Below, piece by piece: positions 1 through 8,962 of a stretch of DNA of 64,000 bases (position 1 is the stretch's first letter; each line of letters opens with the position of its first letter). Made by a program: the position numbers and the translations under genes. The stretch comes from Thermoplasmata archaeon. GTDB taxonomy: Archaea; Thermoplasmatota; Thermoplasmata; Lutacidiplasmatales; UBA184. The notes under the pieces are model-generated. The model searched no databases and was not told the DNA's origin. It saw only the letters and a program-made list of their open reading frames with translations. The DNA lies in assembly GCA_021844945.1 (NCBI GenBank), contig JAKBSJ010000003.1:32565-96564 (forward strand), given 5' to 3'.

Positions 1-346
1 GCAGGATCGTCGCGATGATCGGCGAGACCGCTCGACGATCTCGACGGTGGGTCAGGAGCCGCAGGTCGCCGGCCCGTCGTCGTACTCCTCGCATCATGGA
101 ACGCACCCGTACTGGGACGGATGCTCCCATTTGAGCCTTCAGTTGGAGTTGGCCGACACCAACTCCGCCTCTCCATGGACGCCGGGCGAGCGCACGCGCA
201 TCGCACCTAGGGGTTATACTCCGCCCGCGGAAGTCGGCGCGCTGTTCGACGAGAGCAAATTTTTGTTTGACACGTCAGAGAAACGTTGAGGGAACGCCCA
301 CGCACATGGTTTCTCGCTTTTTCTCGCGATGTTTAAGTAGTAGGAA

Positions 347-868
347 ATGGGTCATGCGGACGTAACCGTGTTCGACAACGTCCCCCGTCGAGAGACCCCG
401 CTCGTTCGCGAGCGGAACGCTCGCCGGACCGACCCCGAGGACGCGCGCATCGCCCTACGGTGCAACCGCAAGGAACTCGAGCTGATCGACTCGTTCGTGG
501 CCAACGGCGAGTTCGAGAGTCGCTCGGAGCTCTTGCGGGCGGCGATGCACGCGCTGCTCCGGTCGCGCTCGTTGTCGTCCGAGGTCACGCCCCCCCGAGA
601 TTCCGAAGGTTACGTCGAAGTGCCCGTGCGCATGCGACCGCACGAGCTCGCCGAGTGGCAAGCCTTCGCCCGATTGGTGGAGAACGGACAACCCGTGCGC
701 GATGTCCTCGCGCGAGTGATCCGAGAGTTGGCGGCAGGTCGCCGCATACGTGACGCCGTCGCCTACCACCGCGAAGGATTACAGCAAGCCGCCGCGCGGC
801 AGGAGCAGGAGTCGGCACTTCGCGAAAGCGGAAAGAGTCTCGAACGCAAGGGCGTGCTCGGTCGATAG
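347..868 (+). CDS. Ribbon-helix-helix (CopG/MetJ-like) DNA-binding protein, 173 aa
   Basis: An RHH-type segment (ELELIDSFVANGEFESRSELLRAAMHALL) is present. The ORF ends 35 nt before the tubulin-like gene. An AT-rich TTTAAGTA lies 9-15 nt upstream of the ATG, so the true start may be further downstream. Confidence 0.5.
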   Translation: MGHADVTVFDNVPRRETPLVRERNARRTDPEDARIALRCNRKELELIDSFVANGEFESRSELLRAAMHALLRSRSLSSEVTPPRDSEGYVEVPVRMRPHELAEWQAFARLVENGQPVRDVLARVIRELAAGRRIRDAVAYHREGLQQAAARQEQESALRESGKSLERKGVLGR

Positions 869-905
869 GGGTTCCCGAGGTCGATCATGGAAACGGGGTG
901 GATAC

Positions 906-1793
906 ATGTCCGGGGCCGATCGAGGTGCGAGCGTAGGCAGTCCGTCGTCAGGATCTGACGAGCCGAACGGAGCGGCGATCTCCGGGACCGTGCGCCTGGG
1001 CCAAGATATCCGGTTCGTGATGATCGCCGTCGGCGGGGGCGCGATCCGCGTTGCACGGCCGATAGCCCGCCGCCACCTGCGCCACTTGGAAACGGTCGCG
1101 ATCAACTGCGATCCCCGGGTACAGGACTGCGAGGAGTTCGACCGCCGAATGTGTCTGATCCCAGAAGTGGGGGGACCGGCCGACACCTGCGGAAGTCCGC
1201 TCGCCGGAGCCGTCCTCGCGCGCGCGGCCGAACCGGCACTGCGACGCCTGTTCGACGAGGCGCACTTCGTTACGATCATCGGTAGCCTCGGCGGGGGCGC
1301 CGGTAGCGGAGTGCTACCGAACCTCCTCGAGCTCGCAAGCGAGCGCAGCCGGCACCTGACCGCCTTCGTCCTGAAGCCGTTCGCCTGTGAAGGAGAGCGC
1401 CGTGCGATCGCGGACCGGACGATTGGCCGCATCCACTTGCTCGAAGGCTTCTCCGACCTGAGGAACCAAAACCGTGCCGCCCTTCATGTCCTCGATAACC
1501 AATCGCTCGTCGGACCGCTCGGCTCTCGAGCGTTCCGGAGCGTCTCCGAACACTGGGCGCAGATTATCGGCGACTACGTGGAACAGAACTACATCGACGT
1601 CGCCGAGGCCTTTCTCCACTCGATGCTCTCTGCTGCCATCCCGGCGACGACGGTAGTAGCACCCCCGACCTCCGTCATCGGTCCCGGGATCGCACCGCCC
1701 GCCGAGATCCTGCCCCCGATCCCCGCCCAGCACCTCGAGGCCGAGCTCACGTTCGAGGTCCACAGCGCGGTTCGGCCGCCGCCGGCTCCGTAG
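906..1793 (+). CDS. Divergent tubulin/FtsZ-superfamily GTPase, about 295 aa (FtsZ-like, short)
   Basis: It has an FtsZ-like N-terminal glycine loop (IRFVMIAVGGGAIRVA) and the tubulin signature variant GGGAGSG within TIIGSLGGGAGSGVLPNLLE. Downstream KPFACEGERR resembles the FtsZ RPFxFEG motif. The ATG at 906 is chosen inside the longer 750-1793 ORF. The C-terminal region is short and proline-rich. Confidence 0.7.
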   Translation: MSGADRGASVGSPSSGSDEPNGAAISGTVRLGQDIRFVMIAVGGGAIRVARPIARRHLRHLETVAINCDPRVQDCEEFDRRMCLIPEVGGPADTCGSPLAGAVLARAAEPALRRLFDEAHFVTIIGSLGGGAGSGVLPNLLELASERSRHLTAFVLKPFACEGERRAIADRTIGRIHLLEGFSDLRNQNRAALHVLDNQSLVGPLGSRAFRSVSEHWAQIIGDYVEQNYIDVAEAFLHSMLSAAIPATTVVAPPTSVIGPGIAPPAEILPPIPAQHLEAELTFEVHSAVRPPPAP

Positions 1794-1857
1794 GGAAGCG
1801 AAAGCACGCTGGGTCGGCCCGGGATCGGACCATCCTCGGCACGGGACACAACGTTAA

Positions 1858-2049
1858 GTGGAGGATTCGTTGAATGCGACGCGAATGGACGGCCGCATCC
1901 TCACGGCGCTTGTGACGATCCTCCTCCCCGCGATCCTGATCGGGGTGACGATCGAGTTCTTCTCGTCAAACCCGCTGGCGATCCTGGGTCTGTTCGTCGT
2001 GATCGTCGGCGGAACGTTCTGGCTCTTGTCCTACACCGACTCGTTCTAG
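1858..2049 (+). CDS. Small hydrophobic protein (2 predicted TM helices), 63 aa
   Basis: The ORF has a GTG start, with an alternative ATG at 1885. The sequence is highly hydrophobic (ILTALVTILLPAILIGVTIEFF...LGLFVVIVGGTFWLL). Support is from composition only. Confidence 0.3.
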   Translation: MEDSLNATRMDGRILTALVTILLPAILIGVTIEFFSSNPLAILGLFVVIVGGTFWLLSYTDSF

Positions 2050-2062
2050 CCCCGACCGCGCC

Positions 2063-2899
2063 TCACTGATACATGGAGTCGGCGCCCGAGGGAGGCGCCG
2101 GCTCGGTCCCGGGAGAACTACCGGGCGGTGGAGCGGCCTTCATCACGGCCCGAAGCGCCCGCTCGATCTCCTCGGCTTGGGCGCGCAGGGGCAGCGTATC
2201 GATCTTGAGCTCAGGGAGCACCCGGTCCAGGGCCTCGATCAGCGCGGCCCCGGCTCGATGGTCCGGGAAGACCTGAGCCGACCGCGCGGTCGCGAGCAGC
2301 ACGGCCACGGGGAGAGGTCGGTCGAGCGCCTGGACCAGCAACGCTCCCGAGACGCCGCCGAGGACTCCCTCGTCGAGCGCTTCGGCGCCGCTCTTGCGGA
2401 TGGAGTCGAACGCCGGCCCGCTGGGTGGGAACACGATCGCGTATACCTTGGGTTCGGGTTCCTTCGCGCCGGTCTCGTCTTCTTCCTCCCCCGGGTGGGT
2501 AGAGACACCCTCGAGGGCCAAGATCCACCGAGCCTTTCGTCGTTCGGCCTCGTCCAGGAGCGTGCGGGCCAAGGAGGAGGCCTGGGAGGGGGTGGGGGGG
2601 AACTCGGAAAGAACCACCGCGAAGTCCTTGCGCCCGTAGACGCGAATGGGCGGGTTGACAATCCCGCCCTGAATCACCGCGATCGGGGGCATCTCCTGCG
2701 ATGCAAAGACGCCGATGCGAGGAAGCTTGAGCGTTCGGACGATGTAATGGGCCGCGATCGTGGTAGCAAGCCCGGCACTCGGAAAGCACGTCAAGATGGT
2801 AGCCCCGGGGTCGAGCGGGGGGGTCCCTTTCTCTTCCTTCCAGGTGAACTCCATGTCCTCGCCTCGTACGGAGCACACCAAGACGGGATTTAGGCTCAT
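2063..2899 (-). CDS. PAC2-family proteasome assembly chaperone (PbaB-like), 278 aa
   Basis: The PAC2-like core ILTCFPSAGLATTIAAHYIV...IGVFASQEMPPIAVIQGG is present. The C-terminal ...SMYQ fits an HbYX proteasome-docking motif. The start is taken at the internal ATG MSLNPVLV; the 633-aa ORF extension overlaps fen antisense and is rejected. Confidence 0.75.
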   Translation of the reverse strand: MSLNPVLVCSVRGEDMEFTWKEEKGTPPLDPGATILTCFPSAGLATTIAAHYIVRTLKLPRIGVFASQEMPPIAVIQGGIVNPPIRVYGRKDFAVVLSEFPPTPSQASSLARTLLDEAERRKARWILALEGVSTHPGEEEDETGAKEPEPKVYAIVFPPSGPAFDSIRKSGAEALDEGVLGGVSGALLVQALDRPLPVAVLLATARSAQVFPDHRAGAALIEALDRVLPELKIDTLPLRAQAEEIERALRAVMKAAPPPGSSPGTEPAPPSGADSMYQ

Positions 2900-2956
2900 G
2901 TGTCCGATCGTACGATCCGCCGGCAAGGCCAAGTACTGAAATCCGCTCGTCGGAAC

Positions 2957-4000
2957 GTGGGGCTTCCGTTCAAGGATATCGTGACCCCGCGGGAGCTTCC
3001 GTGGGGCGCTCTCTCGGGTCGGGCCGTCGCGGTCGACGCCTACAATGCCCTCTATCAGTTCCTCGCGACCATCCGGCAAGCGGACGGCCAGCCGTTCTCC
3101 GACGCCGACGGCCTCCCGACGAGCCATCTGATGGGTTCTTTCTATCGGACGACGTCCCTTCTCGCCGCGGGCGTCCGACCGGTCTGGGTATTCGATGGAA
3201 AGCCACCCGAACGCAAGGCCGGCACGATCCGGCAGCGGATCGAGGCGAAGGAGCGGGCCACCGAACAATGGCACGCCGCGCTCGCCGTCGGCGACCTGGC
3301 GACGGCCCGCCGGAAGGCGGCCCAGACTTCTCGGCTCACCCCCCCGATGGTTGAGGAGACGATCGAGTTGCTCGACGCTCTGGGGGTCCCCACGGTCCGC
3401 GCGCCGAGCGAAGGGGAGGCGCAAGCGGCTCGCATGGCGGCCGATGGCGTCGTGTGGGCCACAGCGTCCGAAGACTACGATACACTGCTCTTCGGAGCGC
3501 CCCGCCTCGTCCGGGGGCTGGCCGCCCGCCGCTCCGGCCGGACCGGCGGAACGGACGCGGCGCAGCTCATCGATCGGGAAGAGATGCTCCGGCTTCTCGA
3601 TATCTCGGGGGACGAACTCATCCTCATCGGGATCCTTGTGGGAACGGACTTCAACGACGGCGTTCGGGGGTACGGACCGAAGAAAGCGCTGAAGATCGCC
3701 CAGGAGCACCTGGGTTGGGCCGAGACGATAGCCCGCACGGGCCTCGACCCGACCGAGGCGGATGAGGTCGCCGAGATCTTTCGCCATCCGAACACGACGC
3801 CGGCACCGCCCCTCGACTTCCGTCCACCGGACCCCGATCGGGTGGCCCGCGTTCTCGTTCGCCGTCACGGTTTTTCGGAGGAGCGCGTGCGCTCGGCGCT
3901 TCAACGCGTGGGGCGCGCTCCGACGCAGGCAAAACCGGTTCCGACCACCCCTCGCGGGCGCCAACAGAGCCTCGATCGTTTCGAGGAGGTTCCGTCGTGA
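2957..4000 (+). CDS. fen: Flap endonuclease 1 (FEN1)
   Basis: The N-domain VAVDAYNALYQFL and GKPPERKA match FEN1. A C-terminal PCNA-interacting motif QQSLDRFEE (QxxLxxF) is present. The start is uncertain: GTG at 2957 or GTG at 2900. Confidence 0.85.
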   Translation: MGLPFKDIVTPRELPWGALSGRAVAVDAYNALYQFLATIRQADGQPFSDADGLPTSHLMGSFYRTTSLLAAGVRPVWVFDGKPPERKAGTIRQRIEAKERATEQWHAALAVGDLATARRKAAQTSRLTPPMVEETIELLDALGVPTVRAPSEGEAQAARMAADGVVWATASEDYDTLLFGAPRLVRGLAARRSGRTGGTDAAQLIDREEMLRLLDISGDELILIGILVGTDFNDGVRGYGPKKALKIAQEHLGWAETIARTGLDPTEADEVAEIFRHPNTTPAPPLDFRPPDPDRVARVLVRRHGFSEERVRSALQRVGRAPTQAKPVPTTPRGRQQSLDRFEEVPS

Positions 4001-5469
4001 GCTGGCTCGAGTGCGTGCCGAACTTCTCCGAAGGGAGGGATGCAGCCAAAGTCGGGCGCATCGCGGGCGCGGCTCGGAACGTGCCGGGCGTCGTGGTGCT
4101 CGACGTCGAGTCGAACGCGGATCACAATCGATCGGTGATCACGCTCGTCGGGAATGGAACGGCCTTGATCGAGGCAGCGATGGCGATGATGCGCGTGGCG
4201 ACCGAGCTCATTGATCTCAACCACCACCAAGGGGAGCACCCCCGCATCGGAGCGACGGACGTTGTCCCGTTCGTCCCGCTGGAAGGCTCCACGATTGCCG
4301 ACGCGATCGAGTGCGCGAACCGACTCGGGGAGCAGGTGGCCCGCGAGCTCGGGATCCCGGTCTATCTCTACGGGGCCGCGGCCCGACGGCCCGAGCGGTC
4401 CGAGCTGCCGAACGTGCGCGCGGGCGAGTTCGAGGGACTTCGAGAGTCCATTCTGCGTGACCCGGCCCGTGCGCCCGACTTTGGGGAGGCGCGCGTTCAC
4501 CCCACGGCGGGGGCCGTCGCGATCGGGGCACGCGCGGTGCTCATCGCCTACAATGCCTATCTGACCACCCCGGACGTGCAGGTCGCGAAGCGGATTGCCC
4601 GAACCGTGCGCGCGCGGGACGGTGGTCTCGCGGAGGTGCGGGCCCTGGGCTTCGAGATCAAGGAACGGAACCGCGCGCAGGTCTCGATGAACCTCACCGA
4701 CTACCGCCGCACGCCCATCCACCGAGCGCTCGAGGCGGTCCGCCGCGAAGCGAGGCGTTATGGGGTGGAGGTCGAGGAGTCCGAGATCGTCGGCCTCGTT
4801 CCGGAGGAAGCGCTCTTCGACGCCGCGGAGTACTATCTCCAACTCAATCGCTTCGACCGAGCGGCGATCCTGGAACGAAAGGTCCGGAGTGCCGCAGGGT
4901 CCGAAGAGTCCTTCCCACGGTTCCTTGAGCGGCTCGCCGCGCGTACGCCCACGCCCGGAGGCGGGAGCGCCGCGGCCGCGGCGGGCGCCCTCGCGGCCGC
5001 GCTGGGCGAAATGGTCCTCGCGTACTCGATCGGCGCGAACACTCCCGGCGACGACCCTCTGGTCGCAGCCCGGACCGCTTGCCGGGATGCGCGGACCTTC
5101 TTCGTCCGGGCCATGGACGACGATGCGGCCGCGTACGAAGCCGTTCGCGCCGCCCGCAAGGAGCTCAAGGACCACCCGGCGGACCCGGCCAAGCTCGCCG
5201 CAAACGTCGCAGCGCTGCGCCGTTCGGCCGACGTTCCGCTATCCACGGCGCGGAACGCGGTCCGGCTCGCCGAGGTTCTGCGTTCCGTAGGACCCAGGAC
5301 CAAGCCAGCTCTCGCGAGCGATCTGACGACCTCGCTCGCGCTTCTTTCGGCCGCTCGCGACGGTGGGCTCGCGAACGTCCGGGTCAACGTGGCGGACCTG
5401 AAGGCCGCCGGTCAATCCACCGCGGACTTTGAGGCCGAGGCGGCTCGGTTGAGCGGCACGGACGGATGA
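3997..5469 (+). CDS. Bifunctional glutamate formiminotransferase / formimidoyl-THF cyclodeaminase (FTCD-like), 490 aa
   Basis: The N-terminus MSWLECVPNFSEGRD is the formiminotransferase signature. The C-terminal cyclodeaminase domain carries PTPGGGSAAAAAGALAAALGEMV. The start overlaps the fen stop (ATGA-type coupling). Confidence 0.8.
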   Translation: MSWLECVPNFSEGRDAAKVGRIAGAARNVPGVVVLDVESNADHNRSVITLVGNGTALIEAAMAMMRVATELIDLNHHQGEHPRIGATDVVPFVPLEGSTIADAIECANRLGEQVARELGIPVYLYGAAARRPERSELPNVRAGEFEGLRESILRDPARAPDFGEARVHPTAGAVAIGARAVLIAYNAYLTTPDVQVAKRIARTVRARDGGLAEVRALGFEIKERNRAQVSMNLTDYRRTPIHRALEAVRREARRYGVEVEESEIVGLVPEEALFDAAEYYLQLNRFDRAAILERKVRSAAGSEESFPRFLERLAARTPTPGGGSAAAAAGALAAALGEMVLAYSIGANTPGDDPLVAARTACRDARTFFVRAMDDDAAAYEAVRAARKELKDHPADPAKLAANVAALRRSADVPLSTARNAVRLAEVLRSVGPRTKPALASDLTTSLALLSAARDGGLANVRVNVADLKAAGQSTADFEAEAARLSGTDG

Positions 5470-6137
5470 GCGACCCTACCCCACGGGCTCGACCGCTCAT
5501 CTGGGTGAACTGCGCGATCTCGATCGATGGGCGACTCGCGTTCGCTCGCGGCACCCGCGCCCGCCTTTCGGGGCCTCAGGACCTCGCACGAGTACAACGG
5601 TTGCGAGCCGAGAGCGATGCGATCGTGGTGGGATCGGGTACGGTGGCTCTGGACGACCCATCCCTGGCGGTTCACTGGGAAGCGATCGGCCGCACCGTCG
5701 GTCGGCCTCCCACGCGGATCGTGCTCGACTCGAAGGGAAGCCTGCCGGAGGGAGCCCGGGTGTTCGACGGCTCGTCGCCGACCTTAGTGGCCACGCTCGA
5801 AAGCAACCGGCGGACCTATCCCCCGTACGTCGAGCGCCTCGTCGTGGGGTCCGATCGGGTCGACCTCGCTCGGCTCTGGGGCATCCTATACGAGCGGGGC
5901 ATGCGTCGGATCCTCGTCGAGGGCGGCGCGCGCGTGATCGCGAGCGTCGTGGCCTCCCGTACCTTCGATCGGCTCACGGTGTACGTCGCCCCGGTGCTCA
6001 TCGGGCAAGAGACCTCTCCCCCGATGGTCGCGGGACCGGCGGCCCGCGGGTTCGAGGAACTGGCCCGGCTCCGACTGCTGGGCGTGGAACGCCTGGATGA
6101 CGGGTACGTCGCGAGCTACGAGCCGAGCCTTCCGTGA
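5466..6137 (+). CDS. RibD C-terminal-domain reductase (DHFR-like fold; 2,5-diamino-6-ribosylamino-pyrimidinone 5'-phosphate reductase-like)
   Basis: LIWVNCAISIDGRLA...DAIVVGSGTVALDDPSL...RILVEGGARV are typical of the RibD_C / archaeal ArfC family. It is translationally coupled to the preceding gene. Confidence 0.7.
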   Translation: MSDPTPRARPLIWVNCAISIDGRLAFARGTRARLSGPQDLARVQRLRAESDAIVVGSGTVALDDPSLAVHWEAIGRTVGRPPTRIVLDSKGSLPEGARVFDGSSPTLVATLESNRRTYPPYVERLVVGSDRVDLARLWGILYERGMRRILVEGGARVIASVVASRTFDRLTVYVAPVLIGQETSPPMVAGPAARGFEELARLRLLGVERLDDGYVASYEPSLP

Positions 6138-6211
6138 GCGGAACTCGGCCCCCCCGCTCCGCGAACGAGTTATGAACTCACCATCCTCCGGGAGGGGCGA
6201 AGAACCGGACC

Positions 6212-7228
6212 ATGAAGCTCGTACACTTCTCTCTCAGTGACCAGTTCCATTTCGGCATGCTGACCGACGCGAACGAGTACATCGACCTCGACACCGCCTG
6301 TCGGGACTACTTCGGCGTCAACCCCGTCAAGGGGGCCGATCCGAGCCGCTTCCGGGACATGCGGGCCTTCTTCGCCGGAGGCGCCGATTCGGTCGAGATC
6401 ACCCGGAAGATCCAGGAGTACATCGACCGGCGGCGCGCATCCGGATGGACCCCGCGCGCGGCGACAGGCGCCCGGTTCCTCTTCAAGCCCGAGGAGGGGG
6501 TCAAGCTGCTCGCGCCGGTCGTTCGCGGCGCGAAGATCTACTGCCTGTCGTCGAACTCGCAGAGCCACATTGCGGAAGAGGGGAAGCCCGCTCCGCGCCA
6601 GCCCTACTTCTTCACGCGATTCTTCAACAGTTTGGTGGGCCCGAGCGAGAGCCTGGTGATCCACTCCGCGGGAACCTTCCCCGACGTAGCGTTGGATCTC
6701 GCGGCGGTGATCGGCAAGTCCGGCAAGCACATCCCGGCCTCCGAGGCGATGGCCTACGTCGCCGGCTACACGATCGCGCTCGACATGGGCTACCGCGACC
6801 TCCAGTACCCGCCCGATAGCCCAACCGATTGGGTCATGGGCAAGGGCTTCGACGCTTCGATGGCCGTCGGTCCTTGGGTGGTGCCGAAGGAGGAGATCGG
6901 CGAACCCTACCCCCTCAAGATGGAACTCAAGGTCGCGGGGACCGTCCGTCAGTCCGGCGACACCAACGACTATCTCTTCCGCCTCCCCGAGGCGATCGCG
7001 CATCTTTCTCGCGGGATCACGCTCGAGCCGGGCGATCTGTTGAGCCTCGGCACGCTCGGGGGAACCCCGGGATTCGAGTTCGGGAAGGAGAGCCGCAAGC
7101 TCCGGGCCGGGGATTCGATCGAGGCATCGATCGAGAAGATCGGGCGCCTGGTCATGTCGGTGAAGGCCGAAGCTCCGCCTCGCCCCGCAGCACCAGAAAC
7201 AGCGCCTGGGTCGTCGGTAGCTCGATAG
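6212..7228 (+). CDS. Fumarylacetoacetate hydrolase (FAH) family protein, 338 aa
   Basis: The FAH-fold motifs YVAGYTIALDMGYRDLQ, GKGFDASMAVGPWVV and GDLLSLGTLGGT are present. Confidence 0.8.
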   Translation: MKLVHFSLSDQFHFGMLTDANEYIDLDTACRDYFGVNPVKGADPSRFRDMRAFFAGGADSVEITRKIQEYIDRRRASGWTPRAATGARFLFKPEEGVKLLAPVVRGAKIYCLSSNSQSHIAEEGKPAPRQPYFFTRFFNSLVGPSESLVIHSAGTFPDVALDLAAVIGKSGKHIPASEAMAYVAGYTIALDMGYRDLQYPPDSPTDWVMGKGFDASMAVGPWVVPKEEIGEPYPLKMELKVAGTVRQSGDTNDYLFRLPEAIAHLSRGITLEPGDLLSLGTLGGTPGFEFGKESRKLRAGDSIEASIEKIGRLVMSVKAEAPPRPAAPETAPGSSVAR

Positions 7229-8387
7229 GTTGTTCGGCCCGGACGCGCACGCCCCCGTCCGGGAACGGGTACTCGGCATCGATCCGAGGGGTCACCCGGG
7301 CCCGTCCGGGGATCGCGTCCGCCACGACCGCATCGCGGAACGGGTCGAACGACTCGAGCCGGTCCCTTGCGAGCGCCGTGACGCGCAAACCGGTTCCGCC
7401 GTGCAGCGATCCCGGAAGGCGGATCAATCGGTGGATATCGGTCGTCACGGGCGCGTCCGTCTCACCCTGAACTACGATCTCGGCCTGCTTCAGAACGACC
7501 TCGAGCAGATCGTTGGGCACGACGTTCGCGGGTACCGCGAGCTGCGGGTCGGAACGGATCCGGCGGGCCCCACCCTTGGTGATCAAGAGCCCCGCCCAGC
7601 GACGCGCCTTCGGACGCGGGACCCCCATCGACTCGAGCTCGGCGGCCGCACCCTCGGTACCGAGGGCCTCCCACCGGGACAAGAGCGCGAGGAGCGCCCG
7701 GGTCTCACGTCCGGTCCACCCCGGAGCCTCGGGGGGTGCGAGATGGCGGGTCGGTGCGACCCGGCCGGCCGGTGGAGCGTCCTCCGAGCGGGGCTCGCCC
7801 TCCCTCCGGCGTCCGATCACGCTCCCCGGATCAAAGCCCGTGCCGCTGAGGTAATCGACCAGCTCTCGGCGCTCCGGGCTCGTGAGGGGAAGGAACCGCT
7901 CCTCCCGGACGTGGACGTGGTAGCCCCGGCCACCGGAGAATGCGAGGAGCATCGACTGGGGGTCGATGCCGAAATCGCGGACCAGGAAGTCGTCGACCAG
8001 CGCGAGCAGCCGCTCTTTGACGAGGAGTAACTGGCCCGCGTAGTCCAGCTTCTCGGCCCCCCGCAGGTGGTCCGCATCGAGGTCGAAGATCAGGTCCGCG
8101 CCCAACCACTCCTTCTGCGCCATCGTGGGCTCGGACGGCTTACGATAGTACGCCGTGGAGTAGTACACGTGGCGTGGGACCTCGCCCCGAAGAAAGCGCC
8201 CGAACTCTTCCGGAGTGCGGAACGACGCGTGCCGGCGCATCATCGTCTCTCGGGCGAAGGGGAACGCGGCGAACTCTCGTCGTAGGAGACGGGGGGGAGG
8301 GTCGATGGACGCGCTGCGGTAGTACTGGGCGAAACGGTCGCGCGCCCAGGCGAGCGTCGGACCGTCGAGCTCGACGACCTTCGCCAC
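7152..8387 (-). CDS. priS: DNA primase small (catalytic) subunit PriS
   Basis: ADLIFDLDADH and GGRGYHVHV are catalytic motifs of archaeo-eukaryotic primase p41. The 3' end overlaps the FAH gene convergently by about 77 nt. Confidence 0.85.
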   Translation of the reverse strand: MAKVVELDGPTLAWARDRFAQYYRSASIDPPPRLLRREFAAFPFARETMMRRHASFRTPEEFGRFLRGEVPRHVYYSTAYYRKPSEPTMAQKEWLGADLIFDLDADHLRGAEKLDYAGQLLLVKERLLALVDDFLVRDFGIDPQSMLLAFSGGRGYHVHVREERFLPLTSPERRELVDYLSGTGFDPGSVIGRRREGEPRSEDAPPAGRVAPTRHLAPPEAPGWTGRETRALLALLSRWEALGTEGAAAELESMGVPRPKARRWAGLLITKGGARRIRSDPQLAVPANVVPNDLLEVVLKQAEIVVQGETDAPVTTDIHRLIRLPGSLHGGTGLRVTALARDRLESFDPFRDAVVADAIPGRARVTPRIDAEYPFPDGGVRVRAEQPIELPTTQALFLVLRGEAELRPSPT

Positions 8388-8390
8388 CGA

Positions 8391-8960
8391 TCACTCCGCT
8401 CCGTCGAGATCGCTCGGGGCCGTCGCCGAGGCGACCGCCGAGTCGAACCGCAGCCGCGCGAGCAGATGGAAGACCGTGGAGTGCTCGCTGCCGTGCAGGA
8501 GGAGCTCTACCGCGCGACGGCCTCGATCGATTTGGTCGACGTCCCCGATGAGCGCAACGGTGGACCCGTAGATGCTCATGAAGCAGCCCGACAGCTCCTC
8601 GATGCGCTCCCGTGCGCGGCCGCGCGTGCCAATCAGGCGGGCCCGGATGCGGCGCAACGCGGCCTTGTCGCGCTTCCCGGTCTCGAACTTGATGTCGAGG
8701 ATCGCGAGCACGGCACTCTCTCGGGTCAGTCGGAACGCGCGGCCCGGCGAAAAGCCCCGGCCGATGGCGAGAGTGATATCCCGCGCGCGCATCGCGGCGT
8801 CGGGATCTTCGTCCGGAGAGGCAATGCGTACCTCGCCCTCGGACGCATCGACTTCGAGCTCGGCGCCCGTGCGCATCGCGATCTCCCTCTTCGTACGCCC
8901 GGCGGGGCCGATCAGCACCCCGATCCGATCCTCGGGAATCCGCGCGTATAGGACCGGCAT
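8391..8960 (-). CDS. KH-domain RNA-binding protein (Dim2/Pno1-like), 189 aa
   Basis: There are two KH-like segments (IGVLIGPAGRTKREI...; ...LIGTRGRARERIEEL). The start is taken at MPVLYARIP; the upstream 377-aa extension is an arginine-rich artefact. It sits immediately downstream of the RIO kinase, the conserved archaeal rio1-KH pair. Confidence 0.75.
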   Translation of the reverse strand: MPVLYARIPEDRIGVLIGPAGRTKREIAMRTGAELEVDASEGEVRIASPDEDPDAAMRARDITLAIGRGFSPGRAFRLTRESAVLAILDIKFETGKRDKAALRRIRARLIGTRGRARERIEELSGCFMSIYGSTVALIGDVDQIDRGRRAVELLLHGSEHSTVFHLLARLRFDSAVASATAPSDLDGAE

Positions 8961-8962
8961 TG

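Noticed and set aside
47-289. 80-aa ORF at the window start
   Set aside because: It has no recognisable motif and an unremarkable composition. It may be the tail of a truncated upstream gene or noise, so it is not reported as a feature.
750-905. 5' extension of the FtsZ-like ORF overlapping the RHH gene
   Set aside because: It is basic and low-complexity and overlaps the upstream gene. The conserved GTPase core begins just after the ATG at 906.
2177-2893. 238-aa and other R-rich plus/minus overlapping ORFs throughout (e.g. 2211-2876, 4217-4531, 16023-16529, 22086-23429, 24160-25404)
   Set aside because: They sit in alternative frames of confirmed genes. They show the extreme Arg/Gly/Pro bias expected of off-frame ORFs in 65% GC DNA.
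2063-3964. 633-aa minus-strand ORF
   Set aside because: Only the 3' third (2063-2899) is a real PAC2 gene. The remainder is an arginine-rich antisense frame lying over the well-supported fen gene.
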